A stretch of DNA of 64,000 nucleotides from Paragordius varius (lineage: Eukaryota; Animalia; Nematomorpha). The notes beneath the pieces were generated by a model. It ran no database searches and had not been told where the DNA came from. It was given only the letters and a program-made list of their open reading frames with translations. Shown piece by piece: positions 1 through 13,559 of this stretch (its first letter is position 1; each line of letters starts with the position of its first letter). Where the stretch lies: the NCBI GenBank assembly GCA_964247055.1, contig OZ176057.1, positions 5,084,001 to 5,148,000 on the forward strand. Reading direction: 5' to 3'. The position numbers and the translations under genes were made by a program.

Positions 1-17
1 AATGTATATTAATATAA

Positions 18-1171
18 CATTTACAAATTCACCCTTAAACAATTCAAATTCCCCCTCGAACAATTCAAATTCACCCCTCGACAATTCAAATCCCCCCTTG
101 AACAATTCAAAATCACCCTTGAACAATTCAAATTCACCCTCGAACAATTCAAATATTCACCCTTGAACAATTCAAATTCACCCCTTGAACAATTCAAATT
201 CACCCTTGAACAATTCAAATTCCCCCTCGAACAATTCAAATTCACCCTTTAACAATTCAAATTCCCCCTCGAACAATTCAAAATCACCCTTGGACAATTC
301 AAATTCCCCCTCGAACAATTCAAATTCACCCTTCGACAATTCAAATCCCCCCTCGAACAATTCAAAATCACCCTTGGACAATTCAAATTCACCCTCGAAC
401 AATTCAAATATTCACCCTTGAACAATTCAAATAACAATTCAAATTCACCCTTGAACAATTCAAATTCACCCTTAAACGATTCAAATTCACCCTTCAACAA
501 TTCAAAATCACCCTTGAAAAATTCAAATTCACCCTCGAACAATTGAAATATTCACCCTTGAACAATTCAAATTCACCCTTTAACAATTCAAATTCCCCCT
601 CGAACAATTCAAATCCCCCCTCGAACAATTCAAAATCACCCTTGAACAATTCAAATTCACCCTCGAACAATTCAAATATTCACCCTTGAACAATTCAAAT
701 TCACCCTTGAACAATTCAAATTCACCCTTCAACAATTCAAAATCACCCTTGAACAATTCAAATTCACCCTCGAACAATTCAAATATTCACCCTTGAACAA
801 TTCAAATTCACCCTCGAACAATTCAAATATTCACCCTTGAACAATTCAAATTCACCCTTGAACAATTCAAATTCCCCCTTGAACAATTCAAATTCACCCT
901 AAAACAAATTTGGTGTTTTCGGTCTAATATAACTCATTATTATTATGAAATATATCTTTATGGCATAGTTTATTATTTTTTAAGTATCATATAATTTAAA
1001 ACAAAATTTTTATTTATTAAAAATATATAAAAATATAGGTAATTTTTAATCTTAAAATACTTTATATTATTTGAGGGTGAATTTGTTTAAGAGTGAATTT
1101 GAATTGTTCAAGGGTGAATTTGAATTGTTCGAGGATAAATTTGAATTGTTTAAGGTTTGAATTTTAAATGG
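18..1171. mobile_element. Foldback-type MITE family B copy with left arm expanded to ~40 x 21-bp units
   Basis: (TGAACAATTCAAATTCACCCT)n from ~27 to ~900, then the family core (AATATAACTCATT..ATATATCTTTATGGCATAG), then inverted units ending AAATGG|TA. Confidence 0.82.
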
Positions 1172-1290
1172 TATATAATTAATTTTATATTTCAAAAAAA
1201 TTTAAACTTTTAGCCGTTTTAAAAGTTACAACACCAAGGTTCACAAACTAAAAGCCCAACATATTCAATTACATGTTAGATATTAATAAA

Positions 1291-1570
1291 TACAGTAAAA
1301 ATTTAAATTATACGGACATAAGTAAAAATATAAAGACAATTTTTTTTAAAAAATAACCATACTTTTTACAAATTAATTTTTCTTCTGTAAACTATTTAAT
1401 TATTAAAATATAATAATTGTGTCACCTATATACATTTTTATTTCATATTTTGCGATTTCAAACAATGCGTGTAATTTAAATAAATTAAGGGTTAAAAATA
1501 TGATTTTCTTTTACAAAAAAATTGTCTTTATATTTCACGTTTTGTCCGTATAATTTCAATTTTTACTGTA
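1291..1570. mobile_element. MITE family A (Tc1-like TA|CAGT ends, ~90-bp TIRs); representative copy
   Basis: TACAGTAAAAATTGAAATTATACGGACAAAACGTAAAAATATAAAGAC..AAGACAACCATAC and its reverse complement ending TTTTACTGTA. About 35 full or half copies by eye, e.g. 8081-8371, 11533-11826, 39576-39795, 56245-56516, 63488-63761. No coding capacity. Confidence 0.88.
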
Positions 1571-2012
1571 TTTTAATTAAATTAAAAGGAGTTCTTATGG
1601 ATATACTAATGAGTGCTAGCCACATACAGATATTGTTAAACAAGATAGTTTATCATCTTCGTTTACTTTTTTGTTATTTACTGTTTTTATAAAAATTGCG
1701 AGTTATTTATTAAATATCAGATGTCATTAATAAAGTTAAATATACCGGCTTTAAGTTTGGTACATGTGAAAATTTATTTTTATATTATATCTTTTAACCA
1801 TTAATATTCTTATTTCCAAAAATGGTGTCAGATATAATTAAAAAATTGCAATGGTTTTTTACTCGCACTGTACCCATTTTATTTTTAATCAAGATTTTAA
1901 CTCTTTTATAATTTAAAATTATTTTTCTGGTATACACCTTATTTTCTACTAAGATTTGTTAATCAAAAATGTTTTTTATAGAAATTATTAAATAATTGGT
2001 TGGAATATATAC

Positions 2013-5000
2013 CACTCCATTTAATCCAGTATCTATGGCCTGTCCTAAAGTATTTAAAATATCTTCCAGTGTTAGGTATGTATGGAGAGGTGATTGTTCA
2101 TAGGAATATCGCGTGTACGCATATATAGGCATTTGGGGTTTCTCAATCAATTGACGTATCCTTTGACTTTCAATCATAACTGCGAGGATGTGTTTTATTG
2201 ATAAATTTACAATTAATGCTTAATTTCATATTAATATATATACCATTATATTCAAATTCACCCTTAAACTAATTAAATTCACCCTTAAACAATTCGAATT
2301 AACCCTTAAACCGTTCAAATTCACCCTCAAACAATTCTTCACCCAGAAAATAGATTATAAAATTTCGGTCTTATACAACTCTTCATTAAAATTAAATATA
2401 TTTTTATGGCAAAGTTTATTACTTTTTTAGTATTATTTTGATTACATACAAAATTTCTTTTCTTAAAAATATAAAAAAATAAAAGTAATATTCAATCTTA
2501 AATCATAATATTTTAGGGTGAATTTGATTGTTTAAGGGTGAATTTGAATGGTTAAAGGGTGAATTTGAACTGTAAATGCTATATTAAGTTATGTGAAGTT
2601 TTAATCCATATTATCTATCTATTTTTCCGATTGTTCAACTTATATATATATTAATGTTAAGATGTGAAAAAAATTGCATTTCAATTTCCGTTTACCTAAC
2701 TACTTTTTTTGTTTCTAATTATGATTTCAGTTATAGACACAAACACAATTTTTTCAAAAATCCGCAGATTATTGTTAAAATTTAAGTTGTTTATTCTTAA
2801 ATTTATTTGTGAGTTTTCAAACAAGCATATTCATACCCTTGATCATATATATGGCGCGGTCATTACATGTTTTAATGCTTTTTTCATTGAGGTATACTGA
2901 AGGGTAGAGGGCTTGAGAACCCGAATATAGCCAAGAAATTATATCGTTTATGCTTCTCAAGTTGGGCTCACAAATTAGATTTTGGAAAGATCTATAAAAA
3001 AATTATTGTTATTAAATATGTATAGATAGAGTAGAAAATCAAATTATACAGACAAATCGTTTTAAAAATTATTGTTTTAAACTGCAAAGAATGATTTAGA
3101 TAAGTAAATTAGTAGACAATCAATTATATATTTTACAAGTTTCATAAAATAAATTATATATGAGAAAAATTAAGCTTTAAAAAGGTATATAGTTGTGGTT
3201 TTAGTATAATATTTGTCTGTACATTACCAATTTTTACTTGCACAAATTTTTTAAATTTGAGTTACCTAGCACAAAAAGGGTACCCCCAATAACCCCATAA
3301 TGTATTAGGTCGTAATTGATGACACTTTTCAAGCGTTGCGACAAAAAACGATTTTAAAGCTGTCTCAAATTCTTGAGAAATCTGAGGTATCGGAACTTGA
3401 CATTTACATTTTGAAGGATTATTCAATCGAAACGTATCAATGGAAAAGTTCTAATATCCAAATTTTTGGCAAAAAAAATATTTTATAAATTAAAAAATAT
3501 TTTTTAGTTAAACTACATTAAAAATAATCAAAATATAGAAAATTATTACAGTAAAAATTAAAATTAGTATGCGGAAAAGTTTATTTAAAAAAAGACAACC
3601 ATTCTTTTTTATATTTATAAAATAACTTAGGCAAAGTCTGAATTCTTAAGGTTAAAAATATGATTGTCTATTGAAAAAAAATATTTCCAGTGTATAACTT
3701 CAATTTCGTATTTAAAAATTGTTTAAGGTTTTACCGTATCACTGCCCTTTTTATATGTTATTTGGTAATAATTAATAACTTTCCAGCAATTTATACTTAC
3801 TCATACTGTTTATTTCTTATAGGGTAATAACTTAAATTAAAAGAAAATGTTATTAACCATTTACATTTTGTGAAAAAAATCTTTTTAAAATATAGCAATT
3901 AGAAAAAAATTACTTGATATTTTAAATATGGACCATAGTTGTTTTGTTTCCACAATGGTAAGTACTCTTCAATATCTAAAACGCCAAAACTCTAAATTTC
4001 AATTTTAAAATTGAAATTTTAGCAAATATTCAAAAATAAAAAATAATTTTCTAACCTAAAGTATTAAATATATATAGTTAAATAAACTAATCTATACAAG
4101 TTACATTTAAACAATTATTATTTTAGAAATTTATTAATACAGTAAAAGTTGAATTGTACAGAGACCTATAGATTAAAAGACATATATATTTCCAAGGTCA
4201 ACCATATTCCTTTAAAGTTAATTTATTTGAATTGTTTGGTAATGCACTTAATACTTAAAAATGTAAAATTAATAGTTTATATATGAAATAAAACAAATAT
4301 CATTGGTTGTCTTTTCGGAAAATATTTGTTTTTATCACGTCTTGTCCATATGATTTCAATTTTTACAGTAAGTCATTCTATCAATGAAATAAAAATTTAT
4401 GACTACCTAATTTTAGTCAAAATGAGTTAAGTGTGCATAAATATAACCTTGACATATGGGTTAACCCAAATTTTTTGACTTTTTACTAAAGATTTCACCA
4501 ATATAAAAATTGCCACTTACATTAGAGTGCTTATCGGGTATAAATTGTTTAATATGTTCCCGCAGGGCTTTTAAATGTTGACTCAAACTAGCTTTTTGTG
4601 GTATACCATTGTTAACCAGCGAACATGTTTTATTAACATTATCAATAAGTATGCGAGGCCATAATCCAGCTTTTGTGATATAAAAACAGTTTACCAAATC
4701 ACCTTTCCACGCTTCATCTTTGTTAGTTTTAATCCCATATTGAGCAAGTTTCAAATCTGTCGAATATCTAAAATAATAATAATAATAATTAAAAAAAAGA
4801 TTTTCAAACTACATATAGATTGAAAAAAGTGTCGGGGAGATTGGAATTGATAACGCTTTTTTTGGTGTCAGGGTTTTAAGATTTTTTACCAAAATTATTT
4901 TATATCGATCAGTATTTTTTTTCTTATTGGACCCGTTTGATATTATAACTTTTTTCCTAGAGAGAGGTAAAGACATCGGTCACCTTATATTTTTTGAATT

Positions 5001-5757
5001 ACAGTAAAAATGGAAATTATACGGACAAAATGTAAAAATATAAAGACAGAATTTTTTTCCAAAAGACAAACATACTTTTTTAACTTTTAATTTATCCCCC
5101 AATACTGAATTGGATGTGTTGTATCCAAGTGTTAAATGAGTTGTATATGTAATATAAAAATTGAAATTAAACAAAAGTGTTTAAAACAATCAGTAAAAAT
5201 GAAATTATACGGATAAAACGGAAAAATATAAATACGAATATTTTTTTTTTAAAGACCATTATACAAAATCTTGATTTATTTAAATAAAACGCTATATTGG
5301 TAATACAATCGATTATATTTTTACAATTTTTATTAAATTGTTTATATAGGAAATATAAGGTTTAAAAAAGTATGGTTGTCTTTTGAAAAAAAATATTTGT
5401 CATTATATTTTTACGTTTTGTCCGTATAATTTCTATTTTTACCGTAAAGACAGATATTTTTTTAAAAGGCAACAAGGTTAATAAATATAATTTAATGCAT
5501 AATGATCATAAAAAATATAGTATCTTTAAAACTTCATGATTTTTTGGGGTAGTTTTACTAATTTGAAATTAAATATCTTAAAAAGTATTTAATGAATTAG
5601 GCCGAATTTAAAAATAGGCTTTCTTTACCCTTCAACCCGTATTAATACAAAATATTTTTTTAAAAAATGTAAAATGTTAAAAAAATCCTTCTCTTAAATC
5701 TTTCGCCGCCCTTTTTTTTATTTTTTTTGGAATGCTAATACAATAGAAAAATTAATG

Positions 5758-5836
<79 letters not shown>

Positions 5837-8800
5837 GGTTAGAAAATAAATAATTATCTTTAAAAGCTTTTAGCATTTTACCAACAAAAACTTAATAATT
5901 ATATATATTTATCAGTTCATGTTTTAAAGCTGTCCCAATTTTAGACTCTAGAGATACAAAAAATTATATAAAATATAAGCCTCTTTATCTAATACAGGAG
6001 AACAATATATAATAAATATTTTTACTAAAATTTCAAAACAGTAGTAGTTTTTTTATAAGATTGAGCTTTGGGATATAAAATTAATTCCAATATATGGCGA
6101 ACAAAAAAGTGAAAAAGTTATAAAGTGTTAAGAAAAATATATTTGTCTTTTATTTTTTTAAAATTTGTCAGTATAATTTTAATTCCTACTGTAAATCTCC
6201 AATCATGTCCACAGAACAAAAAATGAATATAAAAGTAGTATTTAATAGATTCCATTTCAAATTCACCCTTGATCAATACTAATTCACCCTTGAACAATTC
6301 AACTTAGAACAATTCAAATTCAACCTAATATAATTTGTTTTTTTTGCGATTAAAAATAACCTATGTTTTTTTATATTTTTGAAAATGTAATTTTGTCTAA
6401 AATTTAAATAATATTGAAAAAATCTATGTCATAAAGATATATAATGAATTAGTTTGAAAACACATAATTTTTATTGAGTGAATCTGATAGTTTAAGGATG
6501 AATTTTGCTCAAGCGATTTGAATTTTAAATGGCATATATATTATAATTTACACTAAAAGAATAATATTATTTCCAGTCATTGTATCAAGCGCAGATAAAA
6601 TATCATGCTTGTTTTGATTGCATAATATATTTTATCCAGGGGTTTCCAACCCATGTGGCTTCGTGGACCGCATTTTTATATCAAAAAAACCGACCAGTCA
6701 AATTCGCAAAATATATTTGGGCAATCTAATCATATTTTTCGGATCTTATTAGATTATTCTGTGATTTGATTTTAAAAAATTTTTTGCTAGTTCATTGCCA
6801 AAATTCCGGAAATCTAAACAAAAATATTGATAAAGAAAATTAATTTTACTAAGATTGGGTAAATTTTTCATTTCAAATTTCTCGCAGATATATTTCGATG
6901 GGCCGCATGTTGGACGCCCCTTGCTTATTATTTATATACAGATTAGTAAGTATATTTATATATAAAACGCCATCTTTATAGTAAATATAATACATTTTAT
7001 GGAGAATATTTTCTTAGCAAAAAAAATTTGTGATTTTCTAATTAAATAAGCCCCCAACTGGCTAATGGATAAAAAAGAGATATGATAATTGACTTAATCT
7101 AAGTATACCATCGGTTGCCCTCTCCGGGCTTTAAGTTTCCTGTTTTCTCTTTCACCAACTATCATTGGTCTTACTAAAAATACTCAGTATATATATATAC
7201 AAACTCCTAACTGACAGTGTTTACCCGTGTTCTAACAATGACGAAACTCGTCTCACATTATGAAACGTGGTAAACACTGTCCTGTTTAAATTTTCGTTTC
7301 ATAAAGCCACCTATTGTTTGATAGGAAGTTATACTATGACTTCTGATTGCAAAGGTAGGTTAAAAAAATATTCTCCATAAAGTGTTTTATATTTATAATA
7401 ATATCTATGCCGCATTTAAAATTTATTCCTTGGTCAATTTAAAAAAATTAAAAAAAAAGTTTCCTATGGAAATAATTATTTTACCTTAATTTACACACTT
7501 GGGTAGGGGAGTTCCATATGACTTCAAACGCATTTTTTGGTTTGCATTTCACGTCACACTGAATTAAATTAAAGAAACATTATTATTAGTGTTCACCACA
7601 CAATTCCATAATTAAAGGCTGGTTATTTTATAATTTTTTTGAGTATGGCACTCAATTGAAAAATAATTTTATCTTCTAATATGTAAAAAATGCCATTTTG
7701 CGTCAAACATTTCCGTAAAAAACTACTCAATTATACACATGACAAACTTGCTATATTTTACTTAAATTTTTATTAAAAACATAACAATTCATGTTAACAA
7801 GTTATGTGTACAGAATTGAAATTATACGGACAAAAAGTAAAAATATAAAACAAATATTTTTTTCCAAAAGACAACCATACTTCTCTAAACCTTAATTATT
7901 CCTCTTTAAGCTCAATAACGATGGTAAAAAAATTGATTGTCTTATTAATATATATAAATATATCTACTAATATTTTAACGTTTTGTCCGTATAAATTCAA
8001 TTTTTACTGTATGTCCCTATCAATGGTACTATAGAAACACGGCAATTACATATTGATTTTGTAATGCGGCGTTATAAAAATACAGTAAAAATTGAAATTA
8101 AACGGACAAACCGTAAAATATAAAGACAATTTTTTTTCAAAAGACAACCCCATTCTTTTGTAAACCTTAATTTATCCAATTATTATCTTTAAATAACATT
8201 CGGAAAATAAATAATGATTGTGTTACCAATACATCTCTATTTTAAACTTTGTTGTTTAAAACAATGAGCTATATTTAAAAAATCAAGATTTAAAAAGTAG
8301 GGTTGGGGGTGTCTTTTAGAAAAATATTTGTCTTTATAACGTTTTGTCCGTATATTTCAACTTTTACTGTACATTGCCGAACATTAAAAAGCATTAAAAA
8401 GGCAAAATGAAATAATTATTTTTTACCACAATCTAAATCTAGAGGGCTATATATTATCAAACTACATACTATTGCCAGCTATAATTTGGCAATGTAGAAA
8501 CTTATACGGACAAAAAGTAAAAATTTATAAAACAAATATTTTTATCTTAAAGACAACCCCATACTTTTTAAATAATTTTTAATTATAATTCATTGTTTAA
8601 ATTGCAAAATAAGAAAAAGAGACATAAATTGGTGATCCTCTCAATTATATATTTCAAAATTGTATCTATAGTTTTAAAAAACAGTATGGTTTCTTAAAAA
8701 TTTGATTTATCTTTACATTTTTACGTTTTTGTCCGTATAATTTTAATTTTTACTGTATATAAGCCATTATTTTTTGAATAATTCAACGATATTTTTATTA

Positions 8801-8905
8801 AAAATATCAGAAAACTTAAGATATTCACAAATTTTTAGTTAATATAATTTGACTTACATATACAGCCAGAATTATGGAAATAATAATACATGAGAATAGC
8901 CTCAT
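2013..8905 (-). CDS. Hyaluronidase / chondroitin hydrolase (glycoside hydrolase family 56), secreted; 3' exon(s) not located
   Basis: Exons 8858-8905 (MRLFSCIIISIILAVY, signal peptide), 7485-7558 (..FEVIWNSPTQVC), 4499-4767 (..NNGIPQKASLSQHL..GNFYI), 3914-3975 (D-IEEYLPLW, catalytic D-x-E), 3266-3450 (..LRPNTLWGYWGYPFC), 2837-2991 (..INDIISWLYSGSQALYPSVYL), 2013-2179 (..MPIYAYTRYSY..LEDILNTLGQAIDTGLNGV). All junctions are GT-AG and phases match. Motifs follow GH56 order (WNxP, NGGxPQ, IDxE, LWGxYxxPxC, ALYPSIY). Confidence 0.9.
6637..6923. mobile_element. hAT-type MITE in a hyaluronidase intron
   Basis: CAGGGGTTTCCAAC ... GGGCCGCATGTTGGACGCCCCTTG; no clear TSD. Confidence 0.62.
8081..8371. 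mobile_element. MITE family A copy
   Basis: TACAGTAAAAATTGAAATT ... CTTTTACTGTA, well-preserved TIRs. Confidence 0.85.
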
Positions 8906-9159
8906 TTTAACCTCAAAATATGTTTGCCGTTTATAATTAAATAAATCCAATATAAATAATAAAAATCACAAATTTATTAGGCATTTCGGATTTTATTGTT
9001 TTTATTGGTTGGTTCCAATAATTTGTGGCTTATTCGATTTATTTGTATTATATTATTAGCTTTTTTATTTTAAAACGGGTTAAGGTTTTTTATGGTTTTT
9101 TTTATTATACAATATATAAATATATATATTATGGCAAAGTGCGCAGCGAAATATAAATA

Positions 9160-10520
9160 TATATATATTTATTTATTTATAAAAATGGAAAATGGCTTTG
9201 TGATCTGTTTCCGGAAAATCGGTAGACCCATTCAAATCCAAATGTCGAAAATATATAATCATTAATAAATGCCCCGACAATAGCTTCGCCTTTTTTTTCA
9301 ACTAGGACCCCAGGTCGGGCCCACCCCGTGTAAAAAATTTTTTTTTGAAAACACAAGTCCACAAAAATCGTGTCTTTGAGACAATTTTCCGGAAAACGTT
9401 GGACCATTCGATTTCAAATATGATTTTTGTTTAGTTATTTTCGATTGCGCCGAACATAGTCGGCTCGCTTTTTTGATTTAGGCCCTCTTTTTACCCGCTT
9501 CCCCCGTAAAATGTCACTTTTTTCAAAAAAAAATAAACGACAAAAATTATTGTTTGAATCTATTTTTCGCAGAGGGTATGAGACCGTAATAATTTAATGA
9601 GGATTACAGATATTCCCTGTTAAAATTCATAATAAAAGTTAGCCGTGCATTTTTTCATATTGGCTGCTGGGTAAGGAGATACCCGCTAAAAACTGCCAAG
9701 TCATATCGAAATAGCGTGCCTTTGGAGCTAAATTTCAGAGAACCTCTCAGGCCATATGAGCTCAATAGGTGCTTAATTATTACCCTTAACCATGCAAAAA
9801 TTTGAGTATTGCGGTTTTTTAAAATTAGCCTTTTATTAGTCCCTTCACGGCCTGAAAAATGCGCCACCATAGGATGATTTTTTAGTTTTGTGGCAATTTT
9901 TCCGAAAACCAATGAGAGAATATGGAATAAATCATGATTCCAGGTATTATCCATTAAAAGGAAAATTTTTTTATCAAGCGCTTTTTTGTATCAGCCTCTG
10001 TGTAGGGTGCTATCCGCCAACAACTGCGCCATCATATCGATACAACGTTACTTTGGAGGCTAATTTAGAAAACTTATCAGGCCATAAAAGTTCAATAAGA
10101 GCTTGAAATAATACCCGTAAAAAGGCAAAAATATTAGTAAAGCGGTTATATTGAACTACCCCTTAATTAGACCCTTGCCCTGAAAAATGCGCCACCATAG
10201 AATCACTTTTTGGTTTTAAGGCAATTTTTCGTAATTTCGCCCCTGGTTGGAGACTCGCGCAAAACTGCGTCACCATATCGATACAGCATGCCTTTGGAGC
10301 CAAATTTCAGAAAACCTGAGACTGATAAGAACATATGGAATCCATGATGATTCCAGAAATTCCTCAGAAGGCAAAACTTTCAACGCCTTTTTAAACCTGT
10401 CACTGGGTAAGGGGCTACCCGCCAAAACTGGGTTACTATATAGAAATTGCCTAGTTTTGAAGCTATACAGAAAATTTATGAAGCCATATGAGCTCATTAA
10501 AAGATACCTTTAAGTTAACA
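9160..10520 (+). mobile_element. Copy of the same Helitron-like family with internal ~240-330-bp subrepeats
   Basis: Shares GGTAGACCCATTCAAATCCAAAT, CACAAAAATCGTG and GGACCATTCGATT with 43300-43500. AAAATGCGCCACCATAG recurs at ~9857 and ~10185. The 3' end was not identified. Confidence 0.62.
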
Positions 10521-12801
10521 TATAGTGTAAAAAATAAACATTTAAATATTTATTCACAAATCTTTAGATCTAATAAATCATTTTATCTTCTGGAAAAAAA
10601 TTTTATACTCTATATGGGAATAATTTGCCCCCACTTATATCCTATGTGCTGGAAAAGGGGGCCTTAAATTCAAACGCTGCCGCAAAACATACAGGAAAAA
10701 ATTAAAATATACGGGGACAAAACGTAAAAATATAAAGACAAATATTTTCTAAAAATCTTGATTTTTTTAAATTAACTCATTGTTTTAAACAACAAAGTAT
10801 AAAATAGAGATGTATATTATCAATTACATATTATACGATTGTTATTAAATGATTTTAATAGGAGAAAATAAGGTTTGAAAAAGTGTGGTTGTCTTTTGAA
10901 AAACAGTTGTCTTTATATTTTTACGTTTGTCCGTATAATTTTAATTTTTACTGTAAATTAACATATCAAATACAGTAAAAATAAAATTAAACGCGAAAAT
11001 TAAAACAGAATATTTTTTTTAAAAAAATGGTAGACATATTTATTTAAAACCTGATATTTTGTTTTGTAGAGTAAAAATAATTATACGGACAAACGTAAAA
11101 ATATAAAGACATATATTTTATTCAAAAGACAACAACCATATTTTTCAAACCTTAATTTTTCCTCTATAATCTACTATTCAATAACGATGGTAAAGTACCA
11201 AATTGATTCATATCTACTTCACACTTTGCATTAGACAATAAAGAGTTATATTAAAAAAATAAAAATCTAAAAAATTGGCATTTAAAAAAAGATAATTAAT
11301 TGTTTTGTATTTTTACGTTTTGTCCGTACTATAAAATATAAAATTTGGAGTGTTTTTAAAGCTCTATTCCTTAGTTGACGAACCAGTGAGATTCAAAAAA
11401 TCATGGCTGCATTTAAAAAATGTTAGTGTTCTAATGTTTACGTTTCTCTGTTCTTAAGAAATAAGTTTTTTTATATCAAAAATATGTTTGAAATAACTTC
11501 CTAAAAAAAATATTTTTCTTGTCTTAAATATATACATTAAATATTGAAATTATACGGGGACAAAACGGAAAAATGTAAAGACAAATATTACAAAAGATAA
11601 CCATATACTTAAATCTTAATTTTTTTAATATAATTTGTTTTAAACAACAATGTATATAATAGAGATATATATTGGTATTCATATACATATTTTACGATTG
11701 TTATTAAATGATTTTAATAGGATAAATTAAGGTTTTAACAAGTATGATTGTCTTTTGAAACATATAATATTTATCTTTATATATTTTTACATTTTGCCCC
11801 CGTATATAATTTCAATTTTTACTGTACATATAGGTGTTTGATACATTTGCAGGTATTTATATTTCACAAATAAGTACAATAAAAAATTAATTATTAGTTT
11901 AAAGCCATAAAAAAAACTTTTAGGAGGGCATGGGACATGTCGGCCTTGGTTTGAGACCGATGTATACAGTAAAAATTGAATTTATGTAAAAATGTAAAAA
12001 CAAATATTTTGTTCAAAAGACAAACATACTTTAACATCAATTTTTCCGATATTAATAATTGATTTTGTTGCCATAATACATCTCTATTTTATACTTTGCC
12101 ACCATTTTACACAATGAATTATACTAAAAAATCAAGATTTAAAAAGTATAATTTGTCTTTAAGAAAAAAAACATTTGTCTTTATATTTTTACGCTTTACC
12201 GTCCGTATAATTTCAATTTTTTCTGTAGTTAAAACCATGGAAAGTAATCCCCCTAAAATAATTATTATTTTCCATTAATTAGGCAGTAAAAAATAAAAAA
12301 GATTTAAATAACAAACATTTATTTAATAATAAATAGTAAAACAACTTATTTCAATACATATACCATTTCACTTCAAATTTACCCTTGAACAATTCAAATT
12401 TACGCTAAAATAAATTATGTGTTATTTAATATTAAAAATAAGTTATAGTTTTTTACATTTTCAAAAAATAAAATTTAGTTTTAAATCAAAATAATACTGA
12501 AAAAATAATAAACTATGCCATTAAGATATACTTCATATTAATATGGAGTTATATTAGTTCGAAAGCACATAATTTATTTTTAGGGTGAATATGAATTGTT
12601 TAAGGGTAAATTCGAATTGTAAATGGTATATATATATATATATATATATATAAATATAGGTACAATAAATTATTTTTTTGTATAAAAACACAGATTTACT
12701 CTAATATAATTTGTTTAGTATTGCACTGGATTTGTAAGAGATTTTTTTGTCCATATTTTTAACAAAATATCACAATTATTTCTGTTCAATGAAATTTTCC
12801 A

Positions 12802-13528
12802 TTATGCCCATACCTAAAACATATAAAATTACAAAAAAAAGTGAAAATATAACGAAAAATAAAAAGATAATAATATAATAATTAAAATTATACTATGGAA
12901 AAAACATAGCAATATAAAAAGTATTTTAGTTTATAAGAGACAACCCCATACTTTATTAAAACTTATTTTTTCCTTTATAAATCATATAATTCAAATTGTA
13001 AAATATATGATTGTAAATTCACACCTCTATTTTATACTTCTTAGTTTAAAACAATGTGTTTTAATTAAAAAAAATAAGATGATAAAAGTATGGGGTTGTC
13101 TGTTTTAGAAAAAAAATTTTGTCTTTATATTTATATATTTTGTCCGAATAATTTCAATTTTTTACTTATTTTTATATTTTTTTTTCAAAAATAAAATGTT
13201 AAAATTTTTATTAATATTAGTTTTTAATACTCCCTCCAAAAAAATAGTTTTATTTTTAATAAAAGTTAAATTTTTATCAAAAATAGACTATAGTCTTAGT
13301 TTGCCTTATATTTAAACTTCTTACTGTAAAACTGCAAAACATATATATTTATAAAAAAAACCAAGAGTTAAATGACAATGTTTGTTTTAAAAAGCGATGA
13401 AATTATACGGACAACGTAAAAATATAAAGTCAAATATTTTAGTGTTCAAAAGACAACCCCATATTTTTTAAATCTATTTTTTTGAATATAACTCTTTTTT
13501 TTATATTGCAAAGTGCGAAGTAGATATA

Positions 13529-13559
<31 letters not shown>

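Noticed and set aside
21-777. Repetitive ORFs (LNCSRVN.., FELFEGE.., NNSNSP..)
   Set aside because: They are translations of the 21-bp family-B arm array in several frames on both strands, with no gene structure.
1797-1958. Open frame downstream of the last found hyaluronidase exon
   Set aside because: It lacks the expected WG motif and overlaps a Tc1-like end at ~1848-1872, so I could not support it as the terminal exon.
9177-10513. ORFs 9177-9407, 9655-9954, 9888-10106, 10247-10513 and 10270-10497; likewise 35457-35705 and 43191-43373
   Set aside because: They lie inside the non-autonomous Helitron-like repeat, overlap on both strands and show no protein motifs.
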